A DNA stretch of 64,000 nt from Nitrosomonadales bacterium (GCA_016208015.1 JACQYW010000015.1:43903-107902), one strand, 5' to 3'. Positions 1-10,015 are shown, counted from the first letter of the stretch. Notes: generated by a model from the sequence alone, not told the origin. Numbers and translations are program-made.

Positions 1-21
1 CTGCCCGACCTGGGTGCAGTA

Positions 22-417
22 TTACCACTCTTGCGGCAGCCGGTATCTTTCCGGCAACAGGTCGAGGATCTCGCGCTGCACCACGATGTTGTGCTCTTCG
101 TAGAGTGGCTTGCCGCACAACGGCATCTTTTCCTCAAAAGATTCCACGGCCTTCTCGCCCTGCCAGACCCAATCGACCGGGAGGCAGACATCGGGCATGC
201 GTTCGCTGGGGAACTCCGATTGCACGACCCCGATGGCCTTGATATGCAGGTCAGACAGTGAGGTGCAGTGTTTGATGAAAACGATGTCTTCCTTGTGGAA
301 GGGGGCGACGACGTAACGCAGATCCGTCTTGCCGTCCGCAGTGTGGGGCAGGCACACCGTATGCCTGTCGATGAAACCTTGCGCATCGCGCTCTTCGAAT
401 CCGAAAAAAGTGGCCAT
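22..417 (-). CDS. Hypothetical protein (~131 aa), downstream of and co-oriented with the cbb3 genes
   Basis: ORF 22..486; likely start at ATG 417 (MATFFGFEE). No family recognised. Confidence 0.55.
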   Translation of the reverse strand: MATFFGFEERDAQGFIDRHTVCLPHTADGKTDLRYVVAPFHKEDIVFIKHCTSLSDLHIKAIGVVQSEFPSERMPDVCLPVDWVWQGEKAVESFEEKMPLCGKPLYEEHNIVVQREILDLLPERYRLPQEW

Positions 418-458
418 GATGTCCTCTCTTTCTTTAACAGTTTTCCATCCCGTTTCCC

Positions 459-686
459 TCACATCGGGCCCACCGGGGCGCTCCAATAGGTGACGAGGTA
501 ATACACACCCCAGACCAGCAAGGAAACGACGACGAACCAGAGCCAGACCGGCACGTTGCCTTCGCGTTCCGTAATACCTGCACTGGCATAGTTGTAAACG
601 GCTTGCCCCTGCTCGTTAACAGATTGCTCGCCGGAATTCTTTCCGGTTCCAATGCCTGTATCGATCGGATTTTCAGTCATGGCCAT
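459..686 (-). CDS. 75-aa membrane peptide resembling the N-terminal (FixP_N) segment of cbb3 subunit CcoP
   Basis: YASAGITEREGNVPVWLWFVVVSLLVWGVYYL aligns by eye with the CcoP motif (W/Y)DGIxExDNPLPxWW plus a TM helix. Overlaps the stop of the upstream oxidase gene. Confidence 0.7.
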   Translation of the reverse strand: MAMTENPIDTGIGTGKNSGEQSVNEQGQAVYNYASAGITEREGNVPVWLWFVVVSLLVWGVYYLVTYWSAPVGPM

Positions 687-3600
687 CTTCCTTTCCCGGT
701 TTTGGCGGTGTCGATGACGGGTATCCCGGGACGGTCCACCTGCACTACCTGCGCATCGATCTGACCGTGATCAGCCGCCTCGGATAGCGAAGCCCAGATC
801 CTTGCGCGCGCATCCGCCAACTGCAATTTCGTGCCGGCCGCTTTCGCTTCCAGCGGCCCTCCCGCCGAGCAGAAGTTGATAATGGGCAATACCACGTTGC
901 TGCACGCGGCGAGCAGCCAGGGCACGCTGGAAGTGCAGAAGTTCGCGGCCTGTTCCGGTTCGGTCATCCCGGCTTGCTTCAGCGACGCGAGATGCGCATC
1001 CACCCGCAGTGACTGCATGTAATGCACGATGTCCCAGATCTGTTCCGGCGTGAACGTGCCCGCAAAGGCCGGCATGGGCGTGCCGCCGACGCCGGTCATG
1101 ATGGTCCTGTAGACATGACGTCCGTCGTGGCCAAGTTTGACACCACCCGGCGCTCCGGCGGGCAGGGTGAAGTTGGCGGGATTGACCGGGTTGCCCCACA
1201 TATCGGAAAAGACGCCCGCAGGCATGCCATCGCCGAGCCCGCCCAAGCCGTGGCAGGCGGCACAGATGGTGTCGAATTGCTGTTTGCCGCGCGCGATCGA
1301 ATCCACCGACACCGGCGGCTCATCGCCGACCGGCACGGGCGCACCGGGGCGCGCCGTTCTCCAGCGCGCAGAGAAGGTCTTGATGTACTGGATGACGGCA
1401 AGACGTTCCTGCACCGGAATGTCGAACCAGGACGGCATCGCGGTTCCCCACAGTCCGTGGCTGATCGTAACGAACAGGTCCCCGTCCGAGGGCAGCGAAT
1501 TCGCATCGCCCGCGGTCGAGCGGAACTTGAACGTGCCGGTCGTGAAATCGCGCGGTTTCGGGTTCATGAAACGGGCGGACGGACCGTTGCCGTCGCCTTT
1601 CTCGCCATGGCAACCAACGCAGCGGCGCAGGTAGACCTGCTTGCCGCGCGGCAGCAGATCCTGCATCGTTTCCGTGTAGCTCGACCGCAAAGCGGCCCCG
1701 GAGGTCAGTCGCGTCGACACGAAGGTCTCGCGCCAATCGCCGATCGAGGTGCCGAGTTTTTGCAGATAGGCAACCAGCGCCAGCCCGTCCTCGTTGAGTT
1801 GCGGAGCGGTCTTGCCGTCGCTGTCCTTGAACAACCAGGGGAAGCGCGGCATGACCGAATCCGGCACGACATCGCGCGGATTCCAGTGATGCGCGGCTTG
1901 CCAATCGTCGCCGTATTTCCCGCCGACGCGCAACAGGTCGGGGCCGATCCGCCGCGTGCTGAGCATCTGCGGCTGGTCGTACACATATTCACCCGCCTGC
2001 GAGACCGGTCCCCAGCGCAGGTTCTCTCCCGTCACCGGGCGCACATATTGCGAATGGCAATACCAGCAACCTTCGCGGATATAGACCTGCCTGCCCCTGC
2101 GTTCCTGCAGCGTGTAATCGGCGACCTGGATGATCTGTCCGCTGCTCGCGGAAACGACCGTGGGGTTGTAGGTCTGCGGCAGGATGGAAGGCAGGATGCC
2201 CTGGATCAGCACGGCCAGAAAGAAGAACGCGATACCGGCGACGATGAACACGCCGGAGGGGCGGCTGTACCAGGTCGCCCCGACTGCGGCAGGGCGCGCT
2301 TCGGAAACGGCCAGCAGCGCGCTATCCGCGATCATCTCGAACGGCACACCCTCGCGCGCCGTCATGACCAGATTGACCGCCATCAGGAGCAAGCCGAGAT
2401 CCATCGAGGCGCCCGCCAGCGTGCGCGCGAACCACCACGGTTTCATCTCGACCACCGAGTCGACGAAGTTCGCGCCGTATTCGAGCATGCTGCCCTGGAT
2501 GAAACCCTGCGCGGCCAGCCCCGCCAGCATGATCGTGGTGCCGGCGATGGTCAGCCACACATGCCAGCTCGCTAGCTTGGCGCTCCACAATCGGCGTCCG
2601 GTCACGCGCGGCCACACGTAATACATGCTGCCCACCGCCGCCAGCACGAAGGTGGCGAACACGGTGAAGTGCGAATGCGAGATGACGAAGTCGGTGAAGT
2701 GCGTGAGTTCCTGCACCCGGCGCAGCGCTTCGGTCGATCCCTGGAAGCAGCCGACCAGATAGAAGAAGGTCGCCAGCAGCAGGAACTTGGCCGCATAACT
2801 GTCCGCATCGTTGCCGCCCACGATGGCGCCCCAGCGCCCCCTGGCGGTGCCGAACAGGTTGGTGATCACCGCCCACACCGGGATGATGAGCATCATGCTG
2901 GTGACGATGGAGATGGTCTGGTTGTGATACGGAATGGGGCTGAACAGGTAGTGGTGCGTGCCGACGAAGGGATAGAAGAACGCCAGCGCCCAGAAGCCCA
3001 GCAACGACAAGCGATGGCTGTACAGCGGCGCTCTCGCGGCTAGCGGCAGGAAGTAATACATCAGCGCCAGCCCCGCAGGCGTGATCCACAGTCCGACCAC
3101 ATAGTGGATATAGAGTCCGTGCAAAGCGGCATTGCTGATGCCGGACATCGGCACATAAGGCAGCACGACATTGCCGAGGATCAGGTTCATCGCCGTCCAC
3201 ACCAGCGCCGCCAGCGTGTACCACAGCGCGACGTAGAAGCCTTTTTCCTTGCGCGTGAATATCGTCGCCAGGACCTGGTAGCCGATCGCAGCCAGGATGA
3301 TCCAGCGCAGGATATTGATCGGCCATTCATACTCGCCCGCCTCGAAACCGGTGTTGTACCCCATCATCAGGGAGAGGGAGCCGGCGACCAGAAAGAAATT
3401 CCAGCCCCACAGCAACGGCCATCCCCAATGTTCCTTGACCATGGGGCGACCGCACAATCGCGGCACCAGGTAATACAGCAGGCCGAGCACGGGCGTGGAG
3501 AATGCGCCGAAGATGACGCCGTTGACATGCACGGGTCGCAGGCGTCCGAACGTCAGCCACGACGTCTCACCGAGGAAATCCGGGAGATGGAATTTGATTG

Positions 3601-3769
3601 AGACGAGCAGGCCGACCAGCGGGAAAACAGACAGCCAGGCGAGCGACCACCACAGCCAGGCACGCACCAGATATTTGTTTACGAGTCCGGTTACATCGGG
3701 CGCTTGCGACAAACTATCCGCCGCGTTTGCATCCCAGGCATCCATGTTGCGCAATCGTTGGTCAGGCAT
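677..3769 (-). CDS. ccoNO: cbb3-type (C-family) cytochrome c oxidase: subunit I + subunit II + dihaem cytochrome c fusion
   Basis: CcoN motifs FGRLRPVHVN, HYVVG, FYPFVGTHH, HSHF. CcoO motifs GRQVYIREGCWYCHSQ, RRIGPDL, VPDSVMP. Further CVGCH and CAACH. RBS GGAGGAG precedes ATG 3769. Confidence 0.9.
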   Translation of the reverse strand: MPDQRLRNMDAWDANAADSLSQAPDVTGLVNKYLVRAWLWWSLAWLSVFPLVGLLVSIKFHLPDFLGETSWLTFGRLRPVHVNGVIFGAFSTPVLGLLYYLVPRLCGRPMVKEHWGWPLLWGWNFFLVAGSLSLMMGYNTGFEAGEYEWPINILRWIILAAIGYQVLATIFTRKEKGFYVALWYTLAALVWTAMNLILGNVVLPYVPMSGISNAALHGLYIHYVVGLWITPAGLALMYYFLPLAARAPLYSHRLSLLGFWALAFFYPFVGTHHYLFSPIPYHNQTISIVTSMMLIIPVWAVITNLFGTARGRWGAIVGGNDADSYAAKFLLLATFFYLVGCFQGSTEALRRVQELTHFTDFVISHSHFTVFATFVLAAVGSMYYVWPRVTGRRLWSAKLASWHVWLTIAGTTIMLAGLAAQGFIQGSMLEYGANFVDSVVEMKPWWFARTLAGASMDLGLLLMAVNLVMTAREGVPFEMIADSALLAVSEARPAAVGATWYSRPSGVFIVAGIAFFFLAVLIQGILPSILPQTYNPTVVSASSGQIIQVADYTLQERRGRQVYIREGCWYCHSQYVRPVTGENLRWGPVSQAGEYVYDQPQMLSTRRIGPDLLRVGGKYGDDWQAAHHWNPRDVVPDSVMPRFPWLFKDSDGKTAPQLNEDGLALVAYLQKLGTSIGDWRETFVSTRLTSGAALRSSYTETMQDLLPRGKQVYLRRCVGCHGEKGDGNGPSARFMNPKPRDFTTGTFKFRSTAGDANSLPSDGDLFVTISHGLWGTAMPSWFDIPVQERLAVIQYIKTFSARWRTARPGAPVPVGDEPPVSVDSIARGKQQFDTICAACHGLGGLGDGMPAGVFSDMWGNPVNPANFTLPAGAPGGVKLGHDGRHVYRTIMTGVGGTPMPAFAGTFTPEQIWDIVHYMQSLRVDAHLASLKQAGMTEPEQAANFCTSSVPWLLAACSNVVLPIINFCSAGGPLEAKAAGTKLQLADARARIWASLSEAADHGQIDAQVVQVDRPGIPVIDTAKTGKGRWP

Positions 3770-4121
3770 ATCTCCTCCCAACTTCGAACATCGTTATCAC
3801 CGCCCCGAGCGGTGGCGGCGGCGAACATGGGATTCGCCTGTCACTCAGTTATGCCATGCTGAACAACATCATTGAAAGGATATGGGGAAGGTGAGTAACC
3901 ACTCATCTGCCGGGCATGGCAACAGCGACTACCGGACTTCGCGGATGTTGTAGAAACCATCCAGAGTAGACATCCTAAGAAGCCGGATTATTTTTGTCAA
4001 CTATTGCGGCGTGACTCCATGCGGGAGTGACAGATATTGAGTTGTGAAGCAGTATCGATTTGGTGGGACGGCGCCTGTATATATGGTGTGGCAATCAGCA
4101 GAATCGCCCCGGCGATGTCGA

Positions 4122-5480
4122 TCAGTTGTGTTCATAAAAACGAACCCGATTCCGTCCAGCCTCCTTGGCTTGATACATGGCCGCATCGGACTGCTTGAGT
4201 ATCTCGTTATGGTTCGCGTCGCGGTTGATGAAGAGCGAAACGCCGATGCTCGATGTGCAGTGATGTTCTATCTGTGTTTCCTTGCGGTCTTCTGCTTCGG
4301 GATTCAGGAGATACGGCGCAGCAAGCGCGACGCGGATCTTCTCGGAGATGGCCATGGCCAAACCGGTGGCCTCGGTTTTTTCCTTGCTTAATTCGCTGAC
4401 CAGGACAACGAATTCATCGCCACCGATGCGCGCGACGGTATCGACTGCCCGCAGGCAGGAAGTGAGGCGGCGCGCGACTTCGACCAGCAGAAGATCGCCA
4501 ACGGCATGCCCGTGGCTGTCGTTGAGCGGCTTGAAGTTATCCAGATCGATGTACATCACGGCCCCGTAACGTTCGCTGCGCTTGCTCGCAGCCAGCGACT
4601 GGTTCAGCCGGTCATCCAGCAGGCGGCGGTTGGGAAGCTGCGTCAGGGGGTCGTGGAATGCGAGTTCTCGTACGAGCGCTTCCTGCTTCTTGCGTTCGGT
4701 GATGTCGAGGAAGGTGGCAATCGCTCCCACCACAACGTCATCCCGCAGAATGGGTTTCGACCAGTATTCCACCGGGATGGAAGTCCCGTCCTTGCGCCAG
4801 AACACTTCATCCGAGACATGGATGTCCTGATGGCGCTGATAAGCCGCATACATCCGGCATTCCGTGGCCGGATAGGGGCGGCCGTCCGCGTGCGAATGGT
4901 GTATGAGGCCGTGGATATGCTTGCCGATGATCTCTTTGGTGCTTTCAAACCCGAGAATCTGCATGAATGACTTGTTCACGAAGGTGCACATGCCATCGGT
5001 ATCCACGCCGTAAGCGCCCTCGGCCATCGAATTGAGCAGCAGATCCAGCTTCTCATGCGATTCGCGCAGATCGAATTCGGCCTGCTTGCGCCGGGTGACA
5101 TCGTCATAGATCGCGACGACTTCACCTGTTGGCAAACGATATACATAGTTCTCGCGCCAACCGGTGATCCGGCTGTCCTCGTAATAGCTGGCAGGGAAAT
5201 GCTGTGGCTGTCCGGTCTTCCAGACGCGCTTCAGAATGGGAAGAAAGCCGAACTCTTTTACTCCGGGGAAGCAATCCGTCAATCGTTTCCCGATGACCGC
5301 TTCGCGTTCCAGCTTATCCAGTACTTCGGCAGAGCGGTTGAAGTCCAGAAAGATGAAATCATCGCCGCCGTCTATCGCGGCATACACGGCCACACAACTG
5401 CTCATGTGCTGGAACAACTCGCGAAACAAGGCCTCGCTATAGGCGACGCGGTTCAATTCCGCTTCCTTGGGATTTTGCAT
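4122..5480 (-). CDS. PAS-PAS-GGDEF diguanylate cyclase
   Basis: Two PAS-like domains, HDPLTQLPNRR, RxxD I-site, intact GGDEF. Confidence 0.9.
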   Translation of the reverse strand: MQNPKEAELNRVAYSEALFRELFQHMSSCVAVYAAIDGGDDFIFLDFNRSAEVLDKLEREAVIGKRLTDCFPGVKEFGFLPILKRVWKTGQPQHFPASYYEDSRITGWRENYVYRLPTGEVVAIYDDVTRRKQAEFDLRESHEKLDLLLNSMAEGAYGVDTDGMCTFVNKSFMQILGFESTKEIIGKHIHGLIHHSHADGRPYPATECRMYAAYQRHQDIHVSDEVFWRKDGTSIPVEYWSKPILRDDVVVGAIATFLDITERKKQEALVRELAFHDPLTQLPNRRLLDDRLNQSLAASKRSERYGAVMYIDLDNFKPLNDSHGHAVGDLLLVEVARRLTSCLRAVDTVARIGGDEFVVLVSELSKEKTEATGLAMAISEKIRVALAAPYLLNPEAEDRKETQIEHHCTSSIGVSLFINRDANHNEILKQSDAAMYQAKEAGRNRVRFYEHN

Positions 5481-5750
5481 ATCTCCACCTCGTTACTACT
5501 GTTTTATTGTTTTGCTTGCTTGAGCCTGTGGACATTTTACCAGCAAGCGGGGGCGAAAGTGGTGAGCGAAGCGGAATGGTATTGATATCGGATTCGGCGA
5601 TACTGTCTTGTCACCGTGCGTACAATTTGCCCGATTTTCGGGCTTTCTTCAAATAACCGTGCCAGTCAACTTCAACCTTTCCTGGGCCAAAACGGTACCG
5701 CAGGGTTGAGGGAACAGGGTGCGAAGCCGGTCGGCCTCGCCTTGGGCGAT

Positions 5751-6077
5751 TCAGGACCCCGCGAACCAGTTCAGCAACCACCCCGCCGTGAACAGGATGC
5801 TGCCGAGAACGGCAGCCAGCATGGTGATGCTCGTGTCGCGTCCGGCCGAGGCGACCCAGCGATACGGGAACGCGATGTAATTCCCGAAGTAGCTCAACGG
5901 ATCAGTGCATCCGGCAAACAGGATCAGCGAGAGTCCTGCACCTTTCATCGCGTCATATGGTTTGCCGACGAAATAGGCATGCCCGGCCCAGATCAGGGCC
6001 GACACGGCCGCCGCAAAAAAGAGGCTGCCGAGGAGGAATTCGGAAATCGAATATTCCGGCGGTTCTTCGATGTTCAT
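5751..6077 (-). CDS. Small multi-pass membrane hypothetical protein
   Basis: 108-aa ORF with about three hydrophobic segments. Confidence 0.55.
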   Translation of the reverse strand: MNIEEPPEYSISEFLLGSLFFAAAVSALIWAGHAYFVGKPYDAMKGAGLSLILFAGCTDPLSYFGNYIAFPYRWVASAGRDTSITMLAAVLGSILFTAGWLLNWFAGS

Positions 6078-6113
6078 TCAGATTTCCGGTGGAACCGCAA
6101 CATTCATCTCGCG

Positions 6114-8057
6114 TCACCGACCATGAAACGTAACTGGCGTGGCCGTCGGCGGCGCAGTCTTTAAAACGTGTTTCTTCATCCTCCCCATCACGTGCATCTC
6201 GCACTTCCTGCAGTCGAATTCCAGCCGTAGCTTTTCACTGCCGTTGACCAATGTCATCGGTTCGGCGCGCACCTGGCCCTGTACGCCGATGACGCCCTTG
6301 GCCTGCTTCGGGCACAGGCTCAGCGAGTAGCGGATGCAGTGGCGGGTGATCATCAGCGAGACTTCGCCGTCTTCCTTGTGTTGTTCGTAGGCGGCCTCGA
6401 TCAGCTTCACGCCGTGCTTGCCGTAGAAAGATTGTGCGGCGGAGTTGTAGACGTTGGCGAGGTAGGAGAGGGTCTCTTCCGGGTATTGCGCGGGCGGTTC
6501 TACCGCAGCATTGCGCGGCAACGGTTGATAGGCGGCGAGGCGGGCGGCTTCGAGTTTTTCCACGGCGTCGCGGCGCAGTTTGTTGAGCAGGGAGCTGGGG
6601 GAGAACAGCGGCTGCGACCATTCGACCTTGAGTTCTTCCAGTTCGAAATCGGTGTTGCCGAAGCGCGCCAGTTGTTCGCGCATGCTGTCTTCCGCTTCCG
6701 CCGGATTCTTGGCGGGTTGTTTCTCGAACGCGGCAGCGGCGGTGGCGCGGATGCCATCTTCATCCTGCAAGGTGAGTTCAAAACCATCCGCCGTTTCGGC
6801 GAAGGCGGCGTTCACGCCTATCTTGCGCTCGGCGGATTTTTTGTTGAGTGTCATCTCCCAGGCGTGGTCGCGGTTGCGGCTGATGGCGAGGCCGACGCGC
6901 AATCCGGTCAAGGTGTGCATGGGTTCGTTGGGGAACACGCGCCACACATTGCCTTTGTGCTCGACCACGTTCGCCTGCAAACCGATCACTTCGCGCTTGT
7001 GCAGGTAATTCAGTCCGTCGCTGTTGGCCAGGTCTTCGTTCGATTCCATCTCGAACCACTTGTCGCCGAGTTTGGTCACGGTGCCGAGTTCAAGGCCGAC
7101 GAAGGTGGGGGTGTCGAACGCGCCGATGTCGGCCTTGCGGCCCTGCGAGAAATAATCCGTCGCGCCGCGATGAAAGGTCTTGTCCGGATTCGGGGTGAAC
7201 AGCAGACTGGTCTTGCCGCTGGAAGCGGCGTGCAGTTCCGGGCGCTCGTTCAATATCTCGTCGAGCAACTGGCGGTAGTGGCCAGTGATGTTCTTCACAT
7301 AGGGCGCGTCCTTGTAGCGGCCCTCGATCTTGAAGCTGCGCACCCCGGCGTCGATCAGTGCGCGCAGGTTGCCGCTCTGGTTGTTGTCCTTCACCGACAG
7401 CAGGTGCTTCTCGAACGCGACGATCTGTCCTTTGGAATCTTCCAGCGTGTAGGGCAGGCGGCAGGCCTGCGAGCAGTCGCCGCGGTTGGCACTGCGCCCG
7501 GTATGCGCGTGGCTGATGTAGCACTGGCCGGAATAGGCCACGCACAGCGCGCCGTGGATGAAGTGCTCGATGACGGTGTCGGCGGGCACGGCCGCGCGCA
7601 CGGCTTTGACCTCTTCGATAGTGAGTTCGCGCGCCAGCACCAGTTGCGAGAAACCGACATCGGCGAGGAACTTCGCCTTCTCCGGTGTGCGGATGTCGCA
7701 TTGCGTGGAGGCATGCAGGTCGATGGGCGGCAGGTCGAGTTCGAGCAGTCCCATGTCCTGAACGATGAGCGCATCCACGCGGATGTCATAGCAGTCGTGC
7801 GCGAATTTGCGCGCGGACTCCAGTTCGGCATCGTGCAGGATGGTATTGAGCGTGACGTAGATCTTCGCGTGGAAGCGGTGGGCGTAGTTCACCAGTTCGG
7901 CGATCTCTTCGAGAGAATTGCCCGCCTTGTCGCGCGCGCCAAAGGATGGGCCACCGATGTAGACGGCATCCGCGCCGTGCAATATGGCCTCGCGACCGAT
8001 GGCGGCGGTCTTGGCGGGGGCGAGGAGTTCGAGGGTTTGGGAGTACTCAGACATCAT
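6114..8057 (-). CDS. rlhA: U32-family protein, RlhA/YdcP-like (23S rRNA hydroxylation)
   Basis: LELLAPA...GADAVYIGG, HASTQ, HGALCVAYSGQC, GRSANRGDCSQACR, FKIEGR, long C-terminal domain. Start trimmed to MMSEYSQ. Confidence 0.85.
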   Translation of the reverse strand: MMSEYSQTLELLAPAKTAAIGREAILHGADAVYIGGPSFGARDKAGNSLEEIAELVNYAHRFHAKIYVTLNTILHDAELESARKFAHDCYDIRVDALIVQDMGLLELDLPPIDLHASTQCDIRTPEKAKFLADVGFSQLVLARELTIEEVKAVRAAVPADTVIEHFIHGALCVAYSGQCYISHAHTGRSANRGDCSQACRLPYTLEDSKGQIVAFEKHLLSVKDNNQSGNLRALIDAGVRSFKIEGRYKDAPYVKNITGHYRQLLDEILNERPELHAASSGKTSLLFTPNPDKTFHRGATDYFSQGRKADIGAFDTPTFVGLELGTVTKLGDKWFEMESNEDLANSDGLNYLHKREVIGLQANVVEHKGNVWRVFPNEPMHTLTGLRVGLAISRNRDHAWEMTLNKKSAERKIGVNAAFAETADGFELTLQDEDGIRATAAAAFEKQPAKNPAEAEDSMREQLARFGNTDFELEELKVEWSQPLFSPSSLLNKLRRDAVEKLEAARLAAYQPLPRNAAVEPPAQYPEETLSYLANVYNSAAQSFYGKHGVKLIEAAYEQHKEDGEVSLMITRHCIRYSLSLCPKQAKGVIGVQGQVRAEPMTLVNGSEKLRLEFDCRKCEMHVMGRMKKHVLKTAPPTATPVTFHGR

Positions 8058-8237
8058 GCGGATTATACCGGACTGCGCGTTGCACCCTGTTCTGGAAAGG
8101 TGGTGCGAGTCCAGGCTGAGAATATTCATGTATTTCATACATGCCGCGACAGATATCACTCATTTTGCACATCAATTGTTGTTGTACAAGCATGGATAAC
8201 CCGTTACGGTTAGGCTACTTATCCAAATATTGATCTC

Positions 8238-8612
8238 ATGACAACCTTCAAGAAGTTCAAAAAGATCAAATCTGTCCTGAATGAGATTCCGGGAATCAAG
8301 ACATATAAAGAATTCGATATTCTTATCGAGATCGGCTACCACGAAGAGTTGGGAAAACCGCTGACCTTGAAGCAATTGACGCAGCTGGGGATCGCTTCCC
8401 AAGCGACATTGTGCAGGCATCTGAACCGTCTGGTGCAAGAAGGCATGGTGAAAAAAGAAGCATCCGCCGATGATCGTCGATCTTTCGTTTTGCGATTAAG
8501 TACAACGGCCACCAGATCCTTTACCAGCCATTTTTCCAAGATCATCGAGCACCTTGGTGATTGTGCTGTTTTTTCTCCCAAGTCACGTAGCCGCACATTC
8601 AAGAAGTTGTAG
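8238..8612 (+). CDS. MarR-like winged-helix transcriptional regulator
   Basis: LTLKQL...SQATLCRHLNRLVQEGMVKK...DDRRS. AT-richer codons than the flanks. Confidence 0.75.
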   Translation: MTTFKKFKKIKSVLNEIPGIKTYKEFDILIEIGYHEELGKPLTLKQLTQLGIASQATLCRHLNRLVQEGMVKKEASADDRRSFVLRLSTTATRSFTSHFSKIIEHLGDCAVFSPKSRSRTFKKL

Positions 8613-8659
8613 CAACTTCAGATGAAGGTTGGGGATCCACAAATTCATATGCCGCGGGG

Positions 8660-10015
8660 ATGCCAATGAACATGACCGAGCAGATAATGAGGCGTGGCGG
8701 TGCGCCACTTGATGTGGAGTTCCTGAAGAATGTTTTCGACCGATTGGTGGACAGCGTTTATTGGCTAAACCGGGAAGGGAGAGTTATATACGCCAACGAG
8801 GCAGCTTGCCGATCCCTGGAATGTACTTGCGAGGAGATGCTTGCATACAAGGTCCCGGATTTTGACCCAAATTTCAGCGAGAACTCATGGCTGACCCACT
8901 GGCAGAAAGTGAAGGCTCTCGGTTCGTTCACAATGCAAACGCTGCACCTTTCAAAGAGCGGGCGGATATTCCCTGTAGAAGTGTCCATCAATTATTTTGT
9001 GTATGGCAAAAACGAGTTTGACTGCGTCATTGCAAGAGATATTTCTGCGCGCAACCATCTGGAAGGATCCATGAGTTTTGCAGCGGATATCTTCCGAATG
9101 AGCAATGAAGCCATCATGGTGACCGATGACAACAATCATATTGTCGAAGTGAATCAGGCGTTCGAGCGGATAACCGGATATACCCTTGATGAATTATTTG
9201 GGAAGAACCCCAGCATCCTTCAGTCCGAGATACATGACTTGGCGTTCTATCTGAAGATGTGGCATGAAATCAGAAGTAATGGGACATGGCAGGGCGAAGT
9301 TTGCGGCCGTCGCAAGAATGGTGAGATCTTCGTCACATGGATCACCTTCAGTCTTATCAGGCATAAAGATGGCAGTGTGTTCCGGCATGTCGCGCAATTT
9401 ACAGATATCACTGAGAAGAAAAAGAGGGAAGAAGAAGTTTGGCAGCATGCCAACTTTCACTCTTTGACCAATCTTCCAAACCGACGCCTGTTTGTTGATC
9501 GTCTTGAACAGGAAATCAAGAAAGCAAACCGGGCGGAGCATCAACTGACGCTGTTGTTCATTGACCTCGATGAATTCAAGCGGATCAACGATCAGTTTGG
9601 CCATGAGAAGGGAGACCGGCTTTTGGTGGAGGCGGCGCGGCGTATTGGCCTATGCGTACGAGAAACAGATACGGTGGCACACATCGGAGGAGATGAATTT
9701 ACCGTTATCTTGCCAAAGTTGGGCAGGAGTCCGGATGTTGCGCGCATCGCGCAAGCCATTGTTCACGAACTGGGCGGCCCTTTCGAGCTGGGTGAAAATA
9801 CCGGTTTTGTTTCTGCGAGTGTCGGAATCGCACTTTATCCGGCAGATGCACAGAATGTACTTGGCCTGTTGAATTGCGCCGATCGTGCAATGTACGAAGC
9901 AAAGAAAAATGGACGAAACTGTTATGCCTATTTCTCTGATTCTGCGAATCCGGACAATGCCCACAGTTCATATGAAAAGCGAAGGTCGATTTACTTGCAG
10001 CGGGAAGAGCCGTAA
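8660..10015 (+). CDS. PAS-PAS-GGDEF diguanylate cyclase
   Basis: Two PAS domains, LTNLPNRR, RETD I-site, GGDEF. Confidence 0.9.
   Translation: MPMNMTEQIMRRGGAPLDVEFLKNVFDRLVDSVYWLNREGRVIYANEAACRSLECTCEEMLAYKVPDFDPNFSENSWLTHWQKVKALGSFTMQTLHLSKSGRIFPVEVSINYFVYGKNEFDCVIARDISARNHLEGSMSFAADIFRMSNEAIMVTDDNNHIVEVNQAFERITGYTLDELFGKNPSILQSEIHDLAFYLKMWHEIRSNGTWQGEVCGRRKNGEIFVTWITFSLIRHKDGSVFRHVAQFTDITEKKKREEEVWQHANFHSLTNLPNRRLFVDRLEQEIKKANRAEHQLTLLFIDLDEFKRINDQFGHEKGDRLLVEAARRIGLCVRETDTVAHIGGDEFTVILPKLGRSPDVARIAQAIVHELGGPFELGENTGFVSASVGIALYPADAQNVLGLLNCADRAMYEAKKNGRNCYAYFSDSANPDNAHSSYEKRRSIYLQREEP

Noticed and set aside
677-3769. The oxidase fusion as a nitric oxide reductase
   Set aside because: Keeps the helix-VII Tyr and a CcoO-type subunit II; best read as a C-family O2 reductase, though not excluded without assay.
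3782-4120. FNR box upstream of the cbb3 gene
   Set aside because: No TTGAT-N4-ATCAA match found by eye.
6114-8159. U32 gene as a protease, with the ORF-track N-terminal extension
   Set aside because: Length and Cys motifs fit the RlhA hydroxylation family; homology begins at MSEYSQTLELL, so the upstream 34 codons are probably untranslated.
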